Shown here: piece by piece, positions 62,250-64,000 of the stretch | How positions within the stretch are numbered: the first letter of the stretch is position 1 | Layout: the number at the start of each line of letters is the position of its first letter | DNA from: Paragordius varius | Taxonomy: Eukaryota > Animalia > Nematomorpha | NCBI GenBank assembly: GCA_964247055.1 | Contig: OZ176050.1 | Location: 7,812,001-7,876,000 of the forward strand | Length of the DNA stretch: 64,000 nucleotides | Direction of reading: 5' to 3' | The notes under the pieces: generated by a model | The model's input: only the letters and a program-made list of their open reading frames with translations | Databases searched by the model: none | Told to the model about the DNA's origin: nothing | Program-made: the position numbers and the translations under genes

Positions 62250-62706
62250 AAATGGCGTCGAAAAAGTTTGAGATGAGGATTTTCACACATTTTACATTAA
62301 ATAAATTGTATCGTGCGCTTCTGGAAAACATATTTTAACATACATTTATTTCAGTCCGATTCAAATTGGGGTCTTTGGGGACCCCAGGCCTGTTAAATCA
62401 CATATTGATGAAAATATGGAACAAATGGAAACCATTGAGTTTGCACGCATATAACATTGGTGCACCTAAATATAAAAAAGATTCATTTAAAAAACTTAAT
62501 CACATATTTTATGGATAACTCGAAGATAAAAATTTTGCCAAATGTGCATTATCTAAATATAAAAATAATACCAAATAAACCATTTTTTATATGAGTGCAA
62601 ACTTTTGCCATGGTTTCAATTCATTCCATATTTTTTGAAGTATTTAACTTTAAACAGGCCTAATTTGGATCAAAGCACTGAAATGAATGTACTGTAACCA
62701 AGTATT
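62250..62706. mobile_element. Decayed, rearranged fragments related to MITE family A
   Basis: AAAATGGCGTCGAA, CGATTCAAATTGGGG..CCCCAGGCCTGTT (inverted) and GTGCAAACTTTTGCCATGGTTTC..AACAGGCCT (direct) match family A blocks. Confidence 0.45.
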
Positions 62707-64000
62707 AAATCAGCTATTTAGAAACAGATTCGGAGCTATCCTAATTTACGACTGATATAAACTGTATAATATATAATTTTTAATCTTAAAAACACAGTGT
62801 TAAACATTGTATGGCGCAATCGGCTTCATAGCTTTTATATGGGGGTTTTAAAAATATAAGACTTTTCCAGTCCATATAAATATTTTAAAATAAAAAGTTT
62901 GATTATTACATAAAATTAATAATAAAATAGTGTTTTAAACATTTTCAACCTTGGTAGAGCAATTTTCTTATTTAAAAACTCTGAACTAGTATTAAATATC
63001 AAGACAAACCCAGAGCCTACTTTTCATTTATTTGATTGGTTGTATACAAGATTCTAAAATATAATAATCCCCAGTTTCTGAGGTCATAGCAGGAACCGGT
63101 TTAGTTGGGTAGGAAACAACTCTGTTCCGGTTCCAAAATTTCAGGAACTGCTGCGGTTCCATTTTATAATACAGGAATGAGCCCGGATTCGGTTCCACCT
63201 TGGTTTCCATAAATTTTAATGTTTAAATTATTATCTAAGTGATTGTGTGATAACATTTTTTCCGTTTTCGCATCAAAATGGAATGACCATCGTCATTTAA
63301 AAATTTGTTTAAAAATATTGATCATTTTATAACATTTTTTTCTCGTATCCGACTGAAATAGATCATGATGGCATTTTTTTCTGAATGTATACCTTTAACA
63401 ATTGAAGAGAACGACAGACCTAATTCGTAGATTTTTTTAAATCATGATTAAGGAATATTTACCTTAAAAATTAATGAAATCAATTACTGGTAAAAAAACC
63501 ATAAATTGAGTCTCAAGTTTAGGAAAAGGTAAAATACGATAAATTATCTAGGTTGAGTCTTTTTATAGATTTTAAATGTTATATTTTAATATTCTTTAAA
63601 AGTTTCCTTAAATTAACAAAACCATAAACTATAGCAGCTATAATCAATTGACAATAACAGAAAATATCAGCCACATTATATATTAGTGGTATTTAAACCC
63701 GGGGCCATGAAGCCATCAATCTGATTTTCTGGCCACAGATTATGCCATTAAAATATTATTATTAAATTTACCCGAGCTTTTTTGATAGTTAATAGAAATG
63801 TAAATTAGCAACAAAAACGTTTTTATTCAATATTTAGCAAGTGGTGCTATACTAGAGTTTTCAAATTTCTAATAATTTAAAGCGTTTCGTTAAATATTTT
63901 AAATGTTATGGCCGAACACGGGCCTTTATATTGTTTTACAATGTTAATTTTATATGACAAATTTTTAAAAAAATGGATTCGTAAAGCACATGATCCACTT

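Noticed and set aside
63028-63210. 60-aa minus-strand ORF, considered as an ADH5 first exon or separate gene
   Set aside because: Made of GGAACC/GGTTCC-rich repeat-like sequence with no ADH similarity.

Overview
Very AT-rich eukaryotic genomic DNA, almost certainly animal, standard genetic code. Nine intron-containing or single-exon protein genes were reconstructed by eye, mostly alternating in strand: G3BP (+), WDR62/MAPKBP1 (-), mitochondrial EF-G1 (+), centractin Arp1 (-), an intronless membrane-anchored GalT/HIT-like protein (-), CWC15 (+), a secreted Reeler-domain protein (-), ERdj5/DNAJC10 (+) and class III alcohol dehydrogenase (-). Intron sizes are bimodal: many GT-AG introns are only 22-31 nt with degenerate donors, while several of the longer ones carry cargo. 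That cargo includes a miniature box C/D snoRNA matching an 18S rRNA methylation site and several non-autonomous transposon families (piggyBac-like TTAA MITE, Helitron, hAT MITEs, a foldback element, a tRNA-derived SINE, an RTE LINE fragment), some nested. Two head-to-head gene pairs have only 65 bp and 19 bp between start codons. The organism cannot be named from this window; reduced parasitic animals with tiny introns (dicyemids, orthonectids, myxozoans) are candidates only. All gene models are manual; short or low-complexity exons and the ADH5 start are uncertain.
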